IMG/VR virus record: IMGVR_UViG_3300032315_000748
DNA from: a virus
Direction: 5' to 3' (one strand)
DNA: 64,000 nt
The notes beneath the pieces were generated by a model that was given only the letters and a program-made list of their open reading frames with translations, did not search any database and was not told the origin of the DNA. Shown here piece by piece: positions 8,110 through 16,264 of the stretch. The first letter of the stretch is position 1; each line of letters starts with the position of its first letter. The translations under genes were made by a program, and so were the position numbers.

Positions 8110-8736
8110 TCAAGAATAAAATAAAAAATACTTAACGTATTTTTCAGCAAACTCTTTGTTGAAATAAGATTTCAAAATACCAAAAGCAGGATCATTCGTG
8201 GACATATAATCATCAAATTTTTGATGGTGTTCTACGAATGATTCTTTTTTTGTAGTAGAATCCATTAAACATTTTTTGTATTGATGTAAGTAGCACTTTA
8301 CCATAATTTGATATTCATTATAAAAGCATTCACTACTCTTTTTTATCCACAACTTTTTTGAGAAATACTTATTAAAATCATAAAACTTGGATGTGTTTGT
8401 TTTTGAGTTTGGAAACATTTCAAGATAAGACAAATAATCTTCATTATCGCTAATTGGATGAAAGTCTATTGCTCCAAAATATTTTTTGCTTCCAATCTGT
8501 AAATACTCTGTTCCAAATATAGGAGTTTCATAATGATGATTTGGATATATGACTAAGGACTCTGCTTGAAACTTTTGTTCAACATTTAATTCACACACTC
8601 TTATACGTTTACAATAATCAGACTTAAAAAGATATGATTTTAACTTAACTGAATTATTATTAGATGTCCTTTCTACCCAAATTGGAACTTCGGTTGAAAA
8701 TAAATCTAAAAACTCTTTGAGTATATCTTTTAACAT
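8110..8736 (-). CDS. ferredoxin-dependent bilin reductase, PebA/PebS-like (auxiliary metabolic gene)
   Basis: VIYP..Y..PIFG, IDFHP, KFYD.N.YFSK, FDDYM..NDPA.G....YF..EFAE.Y...FLF; late-type ATTAAATA on minus strand at 8766-8773. Confidence 0.82.
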   Translation of the reverse strand: MLKDILKEFLDLFSTEVPIWVERTSNNNSVKLKSYLFKSDYCKRIRVCELNVEQKFQAESLVIYPNHHYETPIFGTEYLQIGSKKYFGAIDFHPISDNEDYLSYLEMFPNSKTNTSKFYDFNKYFSKKLWIKKSSECFYNEYQIMVKCYLHQYKKCLMDSTTKKESFVEHHQKFDDYMSTNDPAFGILKSYFNKEFAEKYVKYFLFYS

Positions 8737-8784
8737 TCAATCTTATCATTAATTTTAACTTAACCTATTTAATAATGATACCGG

Positions 8785-8842
8785 TGTGCCACTTGTAGCA
8801 CTGGCACACTAAACGGGCACAGACCCCAATCTGTGGTATTCT
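8785..8842 (+). promoter_or_regulatory. palindrome-promoter element copy 8 (leader-hairpin subtype)
   Basis: TGTGCCAC-TTGTAGCA-CTGGCACA; TGg-TATTCT 8834-8842; hairpin AGGGTGGT/ACCACCCT 8846-8867. Confidence 0.85.
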
Positions 8843-8883
8843 AAGAGGGTGGTTGAGAGACCACCCTTTCGTTCAACAAACAA

Positions 8884-9117
8884 ATGATTCTTGACGTTTT
8901 TCATTACACTACTTCACGTTGGGATTGGCAGTCTGGTGAAGTAAATCAAATGTGGATTCAAGAGATTGAAGAAGCACCTGATGTTTATAGGTATGTTGCT
9001 GTTGCTTACAATCCTCGCAAGGATACAAGTATGGTGATGTCTAATCCTCGTGGGTATTTTGATACTCTGCAATGGGTTCAAAACTTCTGTGGTTCCTTCT
9101 CACTTCTTCCTAACTGA
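8884..9117 (+). CDS. hypothetical protein
   Basis: 77-aa ORF after element 8. Confidence 0.7.
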   Translation: MILDVFHYTTSRWDWQSGEVNQMWIQEIEEAPDVYRYVAVAYNPRKDTSMVMSNPRGYFDTLQWVQNFCGSFSLLPN

Positions 9118-9119
9118 TT

Positions 9120-9326
9120 ATGTTTGAGATATTCATTGACGGATTCATAAACATTTGGTATTGTTGGGAAAGTTATAGGGATGATGAATGGGTTGATTTC
9201 TGGGAAGGTATCAACATAGGTTATACTCAAATACAAGATGAGTATTTGATGTCTCAACCTGGATTTGATCCTTACAATCTATCAGGTAGAGACCCTTATT
9301 ATTCTTATGTGATGAAAAACAAATGA
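9120..9326 (+). CDS. hypothetical protein
   Basis: 68-aa ORF, coupled. Confidence 0.65.
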   Translation: MFEIFIDGFINIWYCWESYRDDEWVDFWEGINIGYTQIQDEYLMSQPGFDPYNLSGRDPYYSYVMKNK

Positions 9327-9772
9327 AAAAAGGTACACAACTGAATCAAATGCTGGTATTGGCAACTGGTGCTCATTCCGATCAATATGATAAGGGTGGG
9401 AATCCTTATATTCTACATCCTCTGAAAGTAATGCACTATCTGAAGAGTGATGATGAGGAACTTCAATGTATTGCTCTTGGGCATGATATTATTGAAGATA
9501 CTTATGTCACTTATTCTGATTTGAAACATGCGGGTTTTAGTGATCGTATCATTGATGGTATTCGGGCACTGACTAAACTACCGGGTGAGACTTATGATGA
9601 ATATAAGGAACGGGTATTTACGAATCGTGATGCAATGTTGGTGAAAATGGCTGATCTACGTCATAATACTGATATTCGTAGATTGAAAGGTGTGAGTGAG
9701 AAGGATATTCAACGAGTTACCAAGTATCATATGTTTTATCTTGAAATTCAAGAAAAACTACAAGTTCTCTAA
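9323..9772 (+). CDS. HD-domain (p)ppGpp hydrolase-like protein (RelA/SpoT HD, Mesh1/SAH-like)
   Basis: H..Q.DK.G.PYILHP..V, A.GHDIIEDT, ALTK, VKMADLRHN. Confidence 0.82.
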   Translation: MKKGTQLNQMLVLATGAHSDQYDKGGNPYILHPLKVMHYLKSDDEELQCIALGHDIIEDTYVTYSDLKHAGFSDRIIDGIRALTKLPGETYDEYKERVFTNRDAMLVKMADLRHNTDIRRLKGVSEKDIQRVTKYHMFYLEIQEKLQVL

Positions 9773-9786
9773 TCAAACTTTTTATT

Positions 9787-10122
9787 ATGTCTTTCACCTT
9801 TTCTCGTGTTTCTGCTGGTCTCTACGAAGTCCAGAAGAATTCTAACACAGTAGCATTTATTCGTAAAGTAAATGCCAGCAAATGGATTGTTGCTGATGTT
9901 GTTGATACTCCTCAACACGTCTCCAAAACTCTCAAAGATGCCAAAGATGCCTGTATCAATCTCATTATCTTTGATGTAGTTGACAACACCACTGAAGTTG
10001 TGTATAATGACTCTGTTAAGGTTGATAGTCATATTAACTCTATTGAACTTCAAAGGCAAATGTTGGAGAATATGTGTAATCTTCAAGTCAAGATTCCTAC
10101 ACTTGAACCTATTTGTTTTTGA
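9787..10122 (+). CDS. hypothetical protein
   Basis: 111-aa ORF with phage-like codon usage. Confidence 0.7.
   Translation: MSFTFSRVSAGLYEVQKNSNTVAFIRKVNASKWIVADVVDTPQHVSKTLKDAKDACINLIIFDVVDNTTEVVYNDSVKVDSHINSIELQRQMLENMCNLQVKIPTLEPICF
9980..10008 (+). promoter_or_regulatory. consensus sigma70 promoter inside CDS
   Basis: TTGACA 9980-9985, 17 bp, TATAAT 10003-10008. Confidence 0.75.
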
Positions 10123-10132
10123 GGACAATTAA

Positions 10133-10498
10133 ATGAGTAAAGATTGGGAAGTAACTGTAATTACAGACTCTGGATTTTTTAAGAAAGTAAGAGTTGATAA
10201 TTGTATTACAAGACAAGATGCAGAAGCAACAGCACTAGGTATGACTGGTGGCAAAAGAGTTGCTATGAGCAATCCAAAGACATATAATGATGAACCAGAA
10301 TTTGAAACTGATTATTCATACAATCAACCTTATCGGCAATCTTCCTATGATGAAGTGCCCAGTGATTTTCAAGCATATATGATGACTATTGGGTGTGTGG
10401 GAATTATTTGTTGGTTTCTGTGGATATTTTCTCCGGTTCTTTCTTGTCTTTTGGCAATAAGTTTTATTTTGTTTTTAATTTGGTGTTTTAATGTATAA
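10133..10498 (+). CDS. hypothetical membrane protein
   Basis: GAGG SD; C-terminal hydrophobic hairpin. Confidence 0.75.
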   Translation: MSKDWEVTVITDSGFFKKVRVDNCITRQDAEATALGMTGGKRVAMSNPKTYNDEPEFETDYSYNQPYRQSSYDEVPSDFQAYMMTIGCVGIICWFLWIFSPVLSCLLAISFILFLIWCFNV

Positions 10499-10559
10499 AT
10501 AAAATACCTTTCTTGCCCTATAAGCATTGTGGTGATGCATAGTATAAACTATGCTTTAT

Positions 10560-10632
10560 GCTGGTGTAACTCAATTGGTAGAGTAATTCTTTTGTAAAGA
10601 ATAAGTTGCAGGATCGTGCCCTGTCACCAGCT
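10560..10632 (+). tRNA. tRNA-Thr (TGT) with atypical T-loop
   Basis: Acceptor GCTGGTG/CACCAGC; D arm ACTC/GAGT; anticodon stem ATTCT/AGAAT, loop TTTGTAA; T arm GCAGG-ATCGTGC-CCTGT. Confidence 0.85.
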
Positions 10633-10635
10633 TTG

Positions 10636-10731
10636 ATAAATAAAAATACCTGTGGTCGGCAAACTTACAGGAGGGGGGTGCAAATCCCTCCATTTTATTA
10701 TAAATAGATATGCCGACCATAGAGTAGAACT
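10636..10731 (+). promoter_or_regulatory. homing endonuclease control leader (same layout as 683-782)
   Basis: ATAAATA 10636-10642; TGTGGTCGGCA 10651-10661 complementary to TGCCGACCATA 10711-10721; GGAGGG/CCCTCC hairpin plus T-rich tail 10670-10699; TATAAATA 10699-10706. Confidence 0.75.
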
Positions 10732-11367
10732 ATGCCTAAACCAAATTGGTCCAATGAGGGACTACAACGTATAATTGATGCTGGCAAAAAAGGTGGTGAA
10801 ACGACAAGAAAAAAAATAGAAAAAGAAACAAAGAAAAAACAAGAAGAATATTTGCTTAATCCAAAATTATGTTATGGATGTGAAACGGTAATTCCGTATG
10901 AAAAAAGAAATACCAATAAATTTTGTTGTAGATCTTGTTCTATAAAAACAAGTAATAAAAAAAGAACCATATCAACATTAAAGAATTGTCTTCATTGTAA
11001 TAGTATTTTATCAAAATCTGCTATTAAATTTTGTTCACATACATGCCAAAGAAAGTTTGAATATTCACAAAGAATTGATATGTGGATGGAAGGAAAATTA
11101 AATCCAAAAGCAAGAAGTTTTTTTAAAAAATATCTCACAGAAACTTATGGATACAAATGTTCCTGTTGTGGGATTGATGAATGGAATGGTAAAGAATTGA
11201 TATTAGAAATAGACCATATAGATGGAATACCAGATAATAATGAACCTAAAAATTTACGATTTATATGTCCCAACTGCCATTCTCAAACTGATACTTACAA
11301 AGGAAAAAATATCGGTAATGGAAGACATTATCGCAAAGTAAGATACTCTAACGGACAAAGTTATTAA
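10732..11367 (+). CDS. HNH homing endonuclease with Zn-finger repeats
   Basis: KFCCRSC and KFCSHTC fingers; CSCCG, LEIDHIDG..DNN...NLRFICPNCHSQT. Confidence 0.9.
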   Translation: MPKPNWSNEGLQRIIDAGKKGGETTRKKIEKETKKKQEEYLLNPKLCYGCETVIPYEKRNTNKFCCRSCSIKTSNKKRTISTLKNCLHCNSILSKSAIKFCSHTCQRKFEYSQRIDMWMEGKLNPKARSFFKKYLTETYGYKCSCCGIDEWNGKELILEIDHIDGIPDNNEPKNLRFICPNCHSQTDTYKGKNIGNGRHYRKVRYSNGQSY

Positions 11368-11401
11368 TCCTTATAGTTATGGGGATTATAACATATAATG
11401 A

Positions 11402-11460
11402 TGTGCCAGTTGTAGGACTGGATGATAACACCCTGAAAAGCACCTAGAACGTGCTATAAT
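11402..11460 (+). promoter_or_regulatory. palindrome-promoter element copy 9 (degenerate right arm)
   Basis: TGTGCCAG-TTGTAGGA-CTGGATGA; TGc-TATAAT 11452-11460. Confidence 0.7.
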
Positions 11461-11469
11461 AACTTTGTA

Positions 11470-12714
11470 ATGATTCAACCTATGAAACTCTATCCCTACC
11501 AGCAAACTGCCTTAAATGCCATTCAGCAGCACAATAAAGGTGTTGTTGTGATTCCTACTGGTGGTGGTAAAACTATTGTAATGATGGAAGATGTAAAAGG
11601 CAAACTGCTTGCATCTACCTTACCACTCACAGTTGTGATTGTGTGTCCTCGTATTATGCTTGCAACACAACTTTGTAGTGAGTTTGAGGAGTATCTCAAA
11701 GAGTTTTCAATTTCTATCTCTCACGTTCATAGTGGTGAAACACATTATCATTCTACGACTTCACCCGGAAATCTAAAAGCACAAAATGCGATTGTAAAAG
11801 CACTCAATCATCATCACTTTATCTTTACGACTTACAACTCACTACAACGTGTGAATGAGTCAGGAATCACTTTGGATGTGGTGTATTTTGATGAAGCACA
11901 TCATTGTGTGAAACAATCTAACTTCGTTGGTGTTGCACAAACATCTGCAAGTTCTAATGCTGCGTATTTCTTCACTGCAACTCCACGAGTGAATAATACA
12001 CCACAATCTATGAATAATACTGATGTGTATGGTCAAAAGATTGTATCTATTCCTGCACAAGAACTGATTGATGTTGGTAGTATTATTCCTCCACAAGTTG
12101 AAGTGTTTGAGCATAGTCATACACGCACAAAGTTCAATGCTGCGTATGTTGATTCAGAGAACGTGATTGATATTCTTTCTTCGTTTGATGAGACTGGAAC
12201 ACATAAAGTTCTTGTTGCTGCACCATCTACCAAAGTAATCTGGGAAATGGTATCACAATCTGATGCTCTTCATCGTTTGAATGAAATGGGTTATGAAGTT
12301 CTGCATATCACCAGCAAGCACGGTGCTTATATCGGCAAGAAGAAAGTATCCCGTGAAGTATTCTTTGATATACTCACTGATTATGGCAACGACCCAGACA
12401 AAAAGTTTGTGTTGATGCACTATTCAATTCTTTCAGAAGGAATGAATGTATCAGGTCTCACTCATTGTATTGTGCTTCGTAATCTTCCAACGATTGAGAT
12501 GTGCCAAACTATCGGTCGTGTAGTTCGTATGCACCGTGATGACCGAAAAGCAATCATAGATGGTAAGATTGCAGCAGGACAGTTTCAATTCTATAAGAAA
12601 CCATATGGTAAGATGATTGTGCCAGTCAATCAGGGTTTGGGTAAGAACATTCTACGTCAACTTCAAAATGTTGTTGATGCTGTGTTTGTAAAAGGAGAGT
12701 TCACTGCTACATAA
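11470..12714 (+). CDS. SF2 DEAH-box helicase (ResIII-like)
   Basis: LYPYQ Q-motif, PTGGGKT, DEAHH, FTATPR, ILSEGMNV, QTIGRVVR. Confidence 0.92.
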   Translation: MIQPMKLYPYQQTALNAIQQHNKGVVVIPTGGGKTIVMMEDVKGKLLASTLPLTVVIVCPRIMLATQLCSEFEEYLKEFSISISHVHSGETHYHSTTSPGNLKAQNAIVKALNHHHFIFTTYNSLQRVNESGITLDVVYFDEAHHCVKQSNFVGVAQTSASSNAAYFFTATPRVNNTPQSMNNTDVYGQKIVSIPAQELIDVGSIIPPQVEVFEHSHTRTKFNAAYVDSENVIDILSSFDETGTHKVLVAAPSTKVIWEMVSQSDALHRLNEMGYEVLHITSKHGAYIGKKKVSREVFFDILTDYGNDPDKKFVLMHYSILSEGMNVSGLTHCIVLRNLPTIEMCQTIGRVVRMHRDDRKAIIDGKIAAGQFQFYKKPYGKMIVPVNQGLGKNILRQLQNVVDAVFVKGEFTAT

Positions 12715-12736
12715 TATATGTCCCGCATATAAAACA

Positions 12737-12901
12737 ATGGTATTTCAAAAAAAGTTCAGTAATTCAGGGGAAACCAAACATATGAGAGTTCCTGTTGTTT
12801 ATGCTGATTTGATTGATGAACTTATGGTTATTTTTGACAAGAAGTTTGAGATAAACAAAGGCAGACACATTCTACGAATCTTTATAGATCGTTTCTTATG
12901 A
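12737..12901 (+). CDS. small protein, possible ribbon-helix-helix DNA binder (54 aa)
   Basis: MVFQKKFSNSGETKHMRVPVVYADLIDELM...; beta-strand then helix pattern. Confidence 0.55.
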   Translation: MVFQKKFSNSGETKHMRVPVVYADLIDELMVIFDKKFEINKGRHILRIFIDRFL

Positions 12902-12916
12902 GTCCAAGATGAGTCC

Positions 12917-12958
12917 CAATTTTCAGGTTTTCCCGTTTTTCAGGAAACCTGAAAATTG
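12917..12958. terminator. long inverted repeat, probable terminator
   Basis: CAATTTTCAGGTTT...AAACCTGAAAATTG, 14-bp arms. Confidence 0.6.
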
Positions 12959-12999
12959 ATGGACCCTGAAAATTAGGTCTATTGAGACCAATGTTGAGA

Positions 13000-13057
13000 T
13001 GTGCCAGTTGTAGCACTGGCACACTAAACGAGCACAGACCCCAAAACCTGCTATAAT
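13000..13057 (+). promoter_or_regulatory. palindrome-promoter element copy 10
   Basis: TGTGCCAG-TTGTAGCA-CTGGCACA; TGc-TATAAT 13049-13057. Confidence 0.85.
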
Positions 13058-13084
13058 AAGAGGACACAAGCAAAGGAAAGGTGA

Positions 13085-13261
13085 ATGTCTGAAACAATCA
13101 AAGAGTTTTTCACTTTGGAAGAATGGGACTTGATTCAATCTTTGGTTCATAATAACCGAGAGTTCTGTGAAGATACAGAGTTTGACCCTATTTCTGATTA
13201 TGATAATATAACCAATAAGATTTACAAGTTATTTGAACTCGAATCTGTTGAACTAAAATGA
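13085..13261 (+). CDS. hypothetical protein (58 aa)
   Basis: Manually translated MSETIKEFFTLEEWDLI...; follows element 10. Confidence 0.65.
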   Translation: MSETIKEFFTLEEWDLIQSLVHNNREFCEDTEFDPISDYDNITNKIYKLFELESVELK

Positions 13262-13437
13262 GTATGACCAGCATTATTATTTACGTCTTCATTGCTCTTG
13301 CTACTTCTATAGCTTTGCTTGGAGTTCTTACCGATGGACATATCAATCACACTAATGTAGTCTCAAGTCTTATTGTTGGGGCATTTTGGCCCATTCTATT
13401 CATTGCAAAAATCATCTCTGCATTTCTCCACTTATGA
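13258..13437 (+). CDS. small two-TM membrane protein (59 aa)
   Basis: ATGA-coupled on both sides; two hydrophobic segments. Confidence 0.6.
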   Translation: MSMTSIIIYVFIALATSIALLGVLTDGHINHTNVVSSLIVGAFWPILFIAKIISAFLHL

Positions 13438-13646
13438 ACTTCAAAGACCGTGATTCCGTCATTGATTCTTATGCTCAAACCATTCTAGATGGAATGGATA
13501 GCAAATCAATGGAACGATTTGTTTATGATACTCTTGTAGAAAATCTCACCGACTATACTAACGAAGAACTAGAAACCGAAATTGTTGAAGGTTATGGTGA
13601 AGAATGGTTTGCCGATAATGACCTAGAAGTGAATGAGACAGTATAG
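13434..13646 (+). CDS. acidic hypothetical protein (paralog of 3682..3936)
   Basis: Start at MNFKDRDS; shared motif with 3682 ORF. Confidence 0.7.
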   Translation: MNFKDRDSVIDSYAQTILDGMDSKSMERFVYDTLVENLTDYTNEELETEIVEGYGEEWFADNDLEVNETV

Positions 13647-13649
13647 TGA

Positions 13650-13708
13650 TGTGCCAGTTGTAGGGGTGGCACATAACACTCCCAAACGACCCTAGGACCT
13701 GCTATAAT
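13650..13708 (+). promoter_or_regulatory. palindrome-promoter element copy 11
   Basis: TGTGCCAG-TTGTAGGG-GTGGCACA; TATAAT 13703-13708. Confidence 0.85.
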
Positions 13709-13732
13709 AAGAAGACAAACAAACAAAGACCA

Positions 13733-13936
13733 ATGACCTCCACAATCACCAAAACTCTCACCTTTATTGAGGAAACTGATTTGCTTGCGATGGCATATAG
13801 TTCTGTTGCTTATATGAAACTCTATGCTGAACAATCTACCGATAACAAAGATTATTGGATGATGCGAGCAGAACAATTTGAACGAGTTGCCAATAAATTG
13901 AATACTGAAATGCGTCAAAATATGGAGGCAAACTGA
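13733..13936 (+). CDS. hypothetical protein
   Basis: 67-aa ORF after element 11. Confidence 0.7.
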   Translation: MTSTITKTLTFIEETDLLAMAYSSVAYMKLYAEQSTDNKDYWMMRAEQFERVANKLNTEMRQNMEAN

Positions 13937-14118
13937 TGACTGACTTAGAAAAAGTTCTATTGCTGGAAGAAATCTTGACCGAAAAGCAAATGACTTCTTT
14001 GCGGGATATGTTGTCCCATTACAAAGAGTTTCAGGAAGAACTTTACAACTATCCTGAACCTAATACTTTGTTCACAAAAACTCAACGAGAACTCTTCACC
14101 ATTTTTGACATCGTATGA
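13936..14118 (+). CDS. hypothetical protein
   Basis: 60-aa coupled ORF. Confidence 0.65.
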   Translation: MTDLEKVLLLEEILTEKQMTSLRDMLSHYKEFQEELYNYPEPNTLFTKTQRELFTIFDIV

Positions 14119-14300
14119 ACAACAACACAACTTGGTTTGAAGTTTTTGTTACTCTTGGTGCTGGTATTGTTCTTCTGTTGATTGGTGTTGGTCTTCTTTC
14201 TCTCACCAATCCAAAAATTGAAGCAAAATGTGTCGCAAAAGGTGGGCAAGTTATTGCCCGTCCTGGTAATGTTAGTTCCTGTCTTTATCCCGCAAAATGA
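14115..14300 (+). CDS. small membrane protein
   Basis: TM helix then C..KGG...C motif. Confidence 0.65.
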   Translation: MNNNTTWFEVFVTLGAGIVLLLIGVGLLSLTNPKIEAKCVAKGGQVIARPGNVSSCLYPAK

Positions 14301-14476
14301 CTTACAAAGAACTTCTGCTTCAGTTACAACAACTCACTGAAGAGCAACTCAATCAGGATGTTGCTGTCTGTGACAGTGATTACGTTAAGTATTATCAATC
14401 ATCGTTTGTTGAGTTAGTGTTCGCAACTGATGAATGTGAGGTGCTTGATGTTGGCCATCCTATCATTCGTTTCTAA
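14297..14476 (+). CDS. hypothetical protein (59 aa)
   Basis: MTYKELLLQLQQLTEEQLNQDVAV...; ATGA coupled. Confidence 0.65.
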   Translation: MTYKELLLQLQQLTEEQLNQDVAVCDSDYVKYYQSSFVELVFATDECEVLDVGHPIIRF

Positions 14477-14478
14477 TT

Positions 14479-14715
14479 ATGAACCGCACACTTCAACAAC
14501 TGAAAGAATCGGTAGAAAAACTGATTGAACAACAAGGTGCCGAAGCATCTTGTGCTGCGTTCATCTTCACCAAAGAAGATGTATATGATGATAATGGTTT
14601 CTATTTTAGTGAGGAAATCACCAAAAAAGTCCTCAACGATTTGAATAAAACTGATTCCATTTTAGAAAAGGCATTTGGATGCCTTGAAGATTACATCAAG
14701 GAGCACACAAAATGA
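14479..14715 (+). CDS. hypothetical protein
   Basis: 78-aa ORF. Confidence 0.7.
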   Translation: MNRTLQQLKESVEKLIEQQGAEASCAAFIFTKEDVYDDNGFYFSEEITKKVLNDLNKTDSILEKAFGCLEDYIKEHTK

Positions 14716-14915
14716 CTCAAATCTCTTTCACATCTGGTGAGTTGTATGACATCATCTCTGCTCTTCAACTTGTAGAAGAAGGAGTGTATGATGATGGAGA
14801 CCATCAAGGTGCTGCTTATTATCAAAATATGATTCAACAATTTGAACTCATTCATTCTAAATTGCTAGAACGACCGGGGGAAGATAGAGTAGCAAACTTG
14901 GTGCTTGCTGATTGA
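14712..14915 (+). CDS. hypothetical protein
   Basis: 67-aa ORF ending just before element 12. Confidence 0.7.
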   Translation: MTQISFTSGELYDIISALQLVEEGVYDDGDHQGAAYYQNMIQQFELIHSKLLERPGEDRVANLVLAD

Positions 14916-14920
14916 CCCTA

Positions 14921-14978
14921 TGTGCCACTTGTAGCACTGGCACACTAAACCGGCACAGACCCTAGGACCTGCTATAAT
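14921..14978 (+). promoter_or_regulatory. palindrome-promoter element copy 12
   Basis: TGTGCCAC-TTGTAGCA-CTGGCACA; TATAAT 14973-14978. Confidence 0.85.
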
Positions 14979-15003
14979 AAGAGGACACAAGCAAAGGAAA
15001 CTG

Positions 15004-15216
15004 ATGGATAATCAATTCAAACCACAGATTACTTTGTGGACCCGCAAAGAACCAAATCTTAAATGTTTGCTTCTTCGTATTCTTACTCCGATTGCTGGAC
15101 TGATTGATTCTCTCATTTCTATTTTTACTCTCACTCTTGTTGTGAGTAATTTTGAAATGGAAGTAGTCACTCTTCACGCATACGAATACTTTCAGTCCAA
15201 AATCAAACAAAAATAA
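15004..15216 (+). CDS. hypothetical protein
   Basis: 70-aa ORF after element 12. Confidence 0.65.
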   Translation: MDNQFKPQITLWTRKEPNLKCLLLRILTPIAGLIDSLISIFTLTLVVSNFEMEVVTLHAYEYFQSKIKQK

Positions 15217-15390
15217 ATGAACTACCTTCCCATCATCATTAAATGAAGAACATAAAAATTTTGATTATTGGATTTCTTGTAGTTGTGACGTTTCCTAACT
15301 TTTTAACGGGACTTCATTCTATCAAAAATGATGTGACTTTTCTTTATTGTTCTGTGTCTAAATCTTGTAATGAAACTTACTAATTGTAAT

Positions 15391-15543
15391 ATGAATCAAG
15401 CAGAGTGGTATATAATGTATTCTCTTCTCTATAATGCTTATTCTTACTCTGCGAATCGTGATGAACAGATTCGCAAGAATCTTGGAGAGATGTTAGAATA
15501 TATGATTGAATACGAACAACACTTTCTCAAACGTCCTGCTTAA
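15391..15543 (+). CDS. hypothetical protein (50 aa)
   Basis: Manually translated MNQAEWYIMYSLLYNAY... Confidence 0.5.
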   Translation: MNQAEWYIMYSLLYNAYSYSANRDEQIRKNLGEMLEYMIEYEQHFLKRPA

Positions 15544-15548
15544 ATCAA

Positions 15549-15809
15549 ATGACTAACACTACCATCACTCTCAACCAATTCCACAATCTGCTTGCTGATG
15601 CTTATGCTGTCTGTGTGAATGATATTCTATATTTTGTAGGGTATGATACGGATGATAATCCTTACATCGCTGACAATGATGGGCAGGATTATGTTGATCT
15701 CTCCACTGTAGATGGTGACATTGAAGTGGATGATTATGCTGTGTCATTTTGGGTACAAGGAGAACCCATTCGTATGCTATTTCTCAACATCGCACCCCTG
15801 AACAAATGA
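15549..15809 (+). CDS. acidic hypothetical protein
   Basis: 86-aa ORF. Confidence 0.7.
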   Translation: MTNTTITLNQFHNLLADAYAVCVNDILYFVGYDTDDNPYIADNDGQDYVDLSTVDGDIEVDDYAVSFWVQGEPIRMLFLNIAPLNK

Positions 15810-15985
15810 CTGACACCGAAGTTTATGAAATGATTTGCCGTATGAAAGCATATGGTGGGTCATTTGTTGTTGCTCTATCAAATGCTTTTCAAAGTGCTGA
15901 TGGGCAAAATAAGCAACGATTGATTGATGCTTTTCCTGACTATGTTAGTGAGTATGGACCAACCAGTAGGTTTCCTACTTACTGA
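15806..15985 (+). CDS. conserved small phage protein
   Basis: YGGSFVVAL..AF..AD..N..RL..AFP motif; ATGA-coupled start. Confidence 0.7.
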   Translation: MTDTEVYEMICRMKAYGGSFVVALSNAFQSADGQNKQRLIDAFPDYVSEYGPTSRFPTY

Positions 15986-15990
15986 TGAGA

Positions 15991-16049
15991 TGTGCCACTT
16001 GTAGAGGTGGCACACTATATCCCCAAACCCCCTCAATCCGTGCTATGAT
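15991..16049 (+). promoter_or_regulatory. palindrome-promoter element copy 13
   Basis: TGTGCCAC-TTGTAGAG-GTGGCACA; TGc-TATGAT 16041-16049. Confidence 0.85.
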
Positions 16050-16069
16050 TACGGAGTAATCAAGACAAA

Positions 16070-16264
16070 ATGAAACAAGAAATGACCATCATCTCTTCAT
16101 ATAGTGGATGTACGAAAGAAGATATTATGAATATGCCAGAAGATAAACTACGAGAGGCAGTGATTGCGGCATTTTCAGTTGAATGTCGTAACTTCGCTGA
16201 AAATGATAGTTGGGTGGGTTCATTTCTTCTTCCAGATGAAATCGCAGACGCATTTAGGGGTTAA
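16070..16264 (+). CDS. hypothetical protein (single-gene cassette)
   Basis: 64-aa ORF between near-identical elements 13 and 14. Confidence 0.7.
   Translation: MKQEMTIISSYSGCTKEDIMNMPEDKLREAVIAAFSVECRNFAENDSWVGSFLLPDEIADAFRG

Noticed and set aside
10515-10557. tRNA-like 5' fragment GCCCTATAAGCATTGTGGTGATGCA
   Set aside because: It has a D-arm-like stem, but I found no T arm or matching acceptor 3' strand nearby or after the HNH gene. It overlaps a simple terminator-like hairpin.
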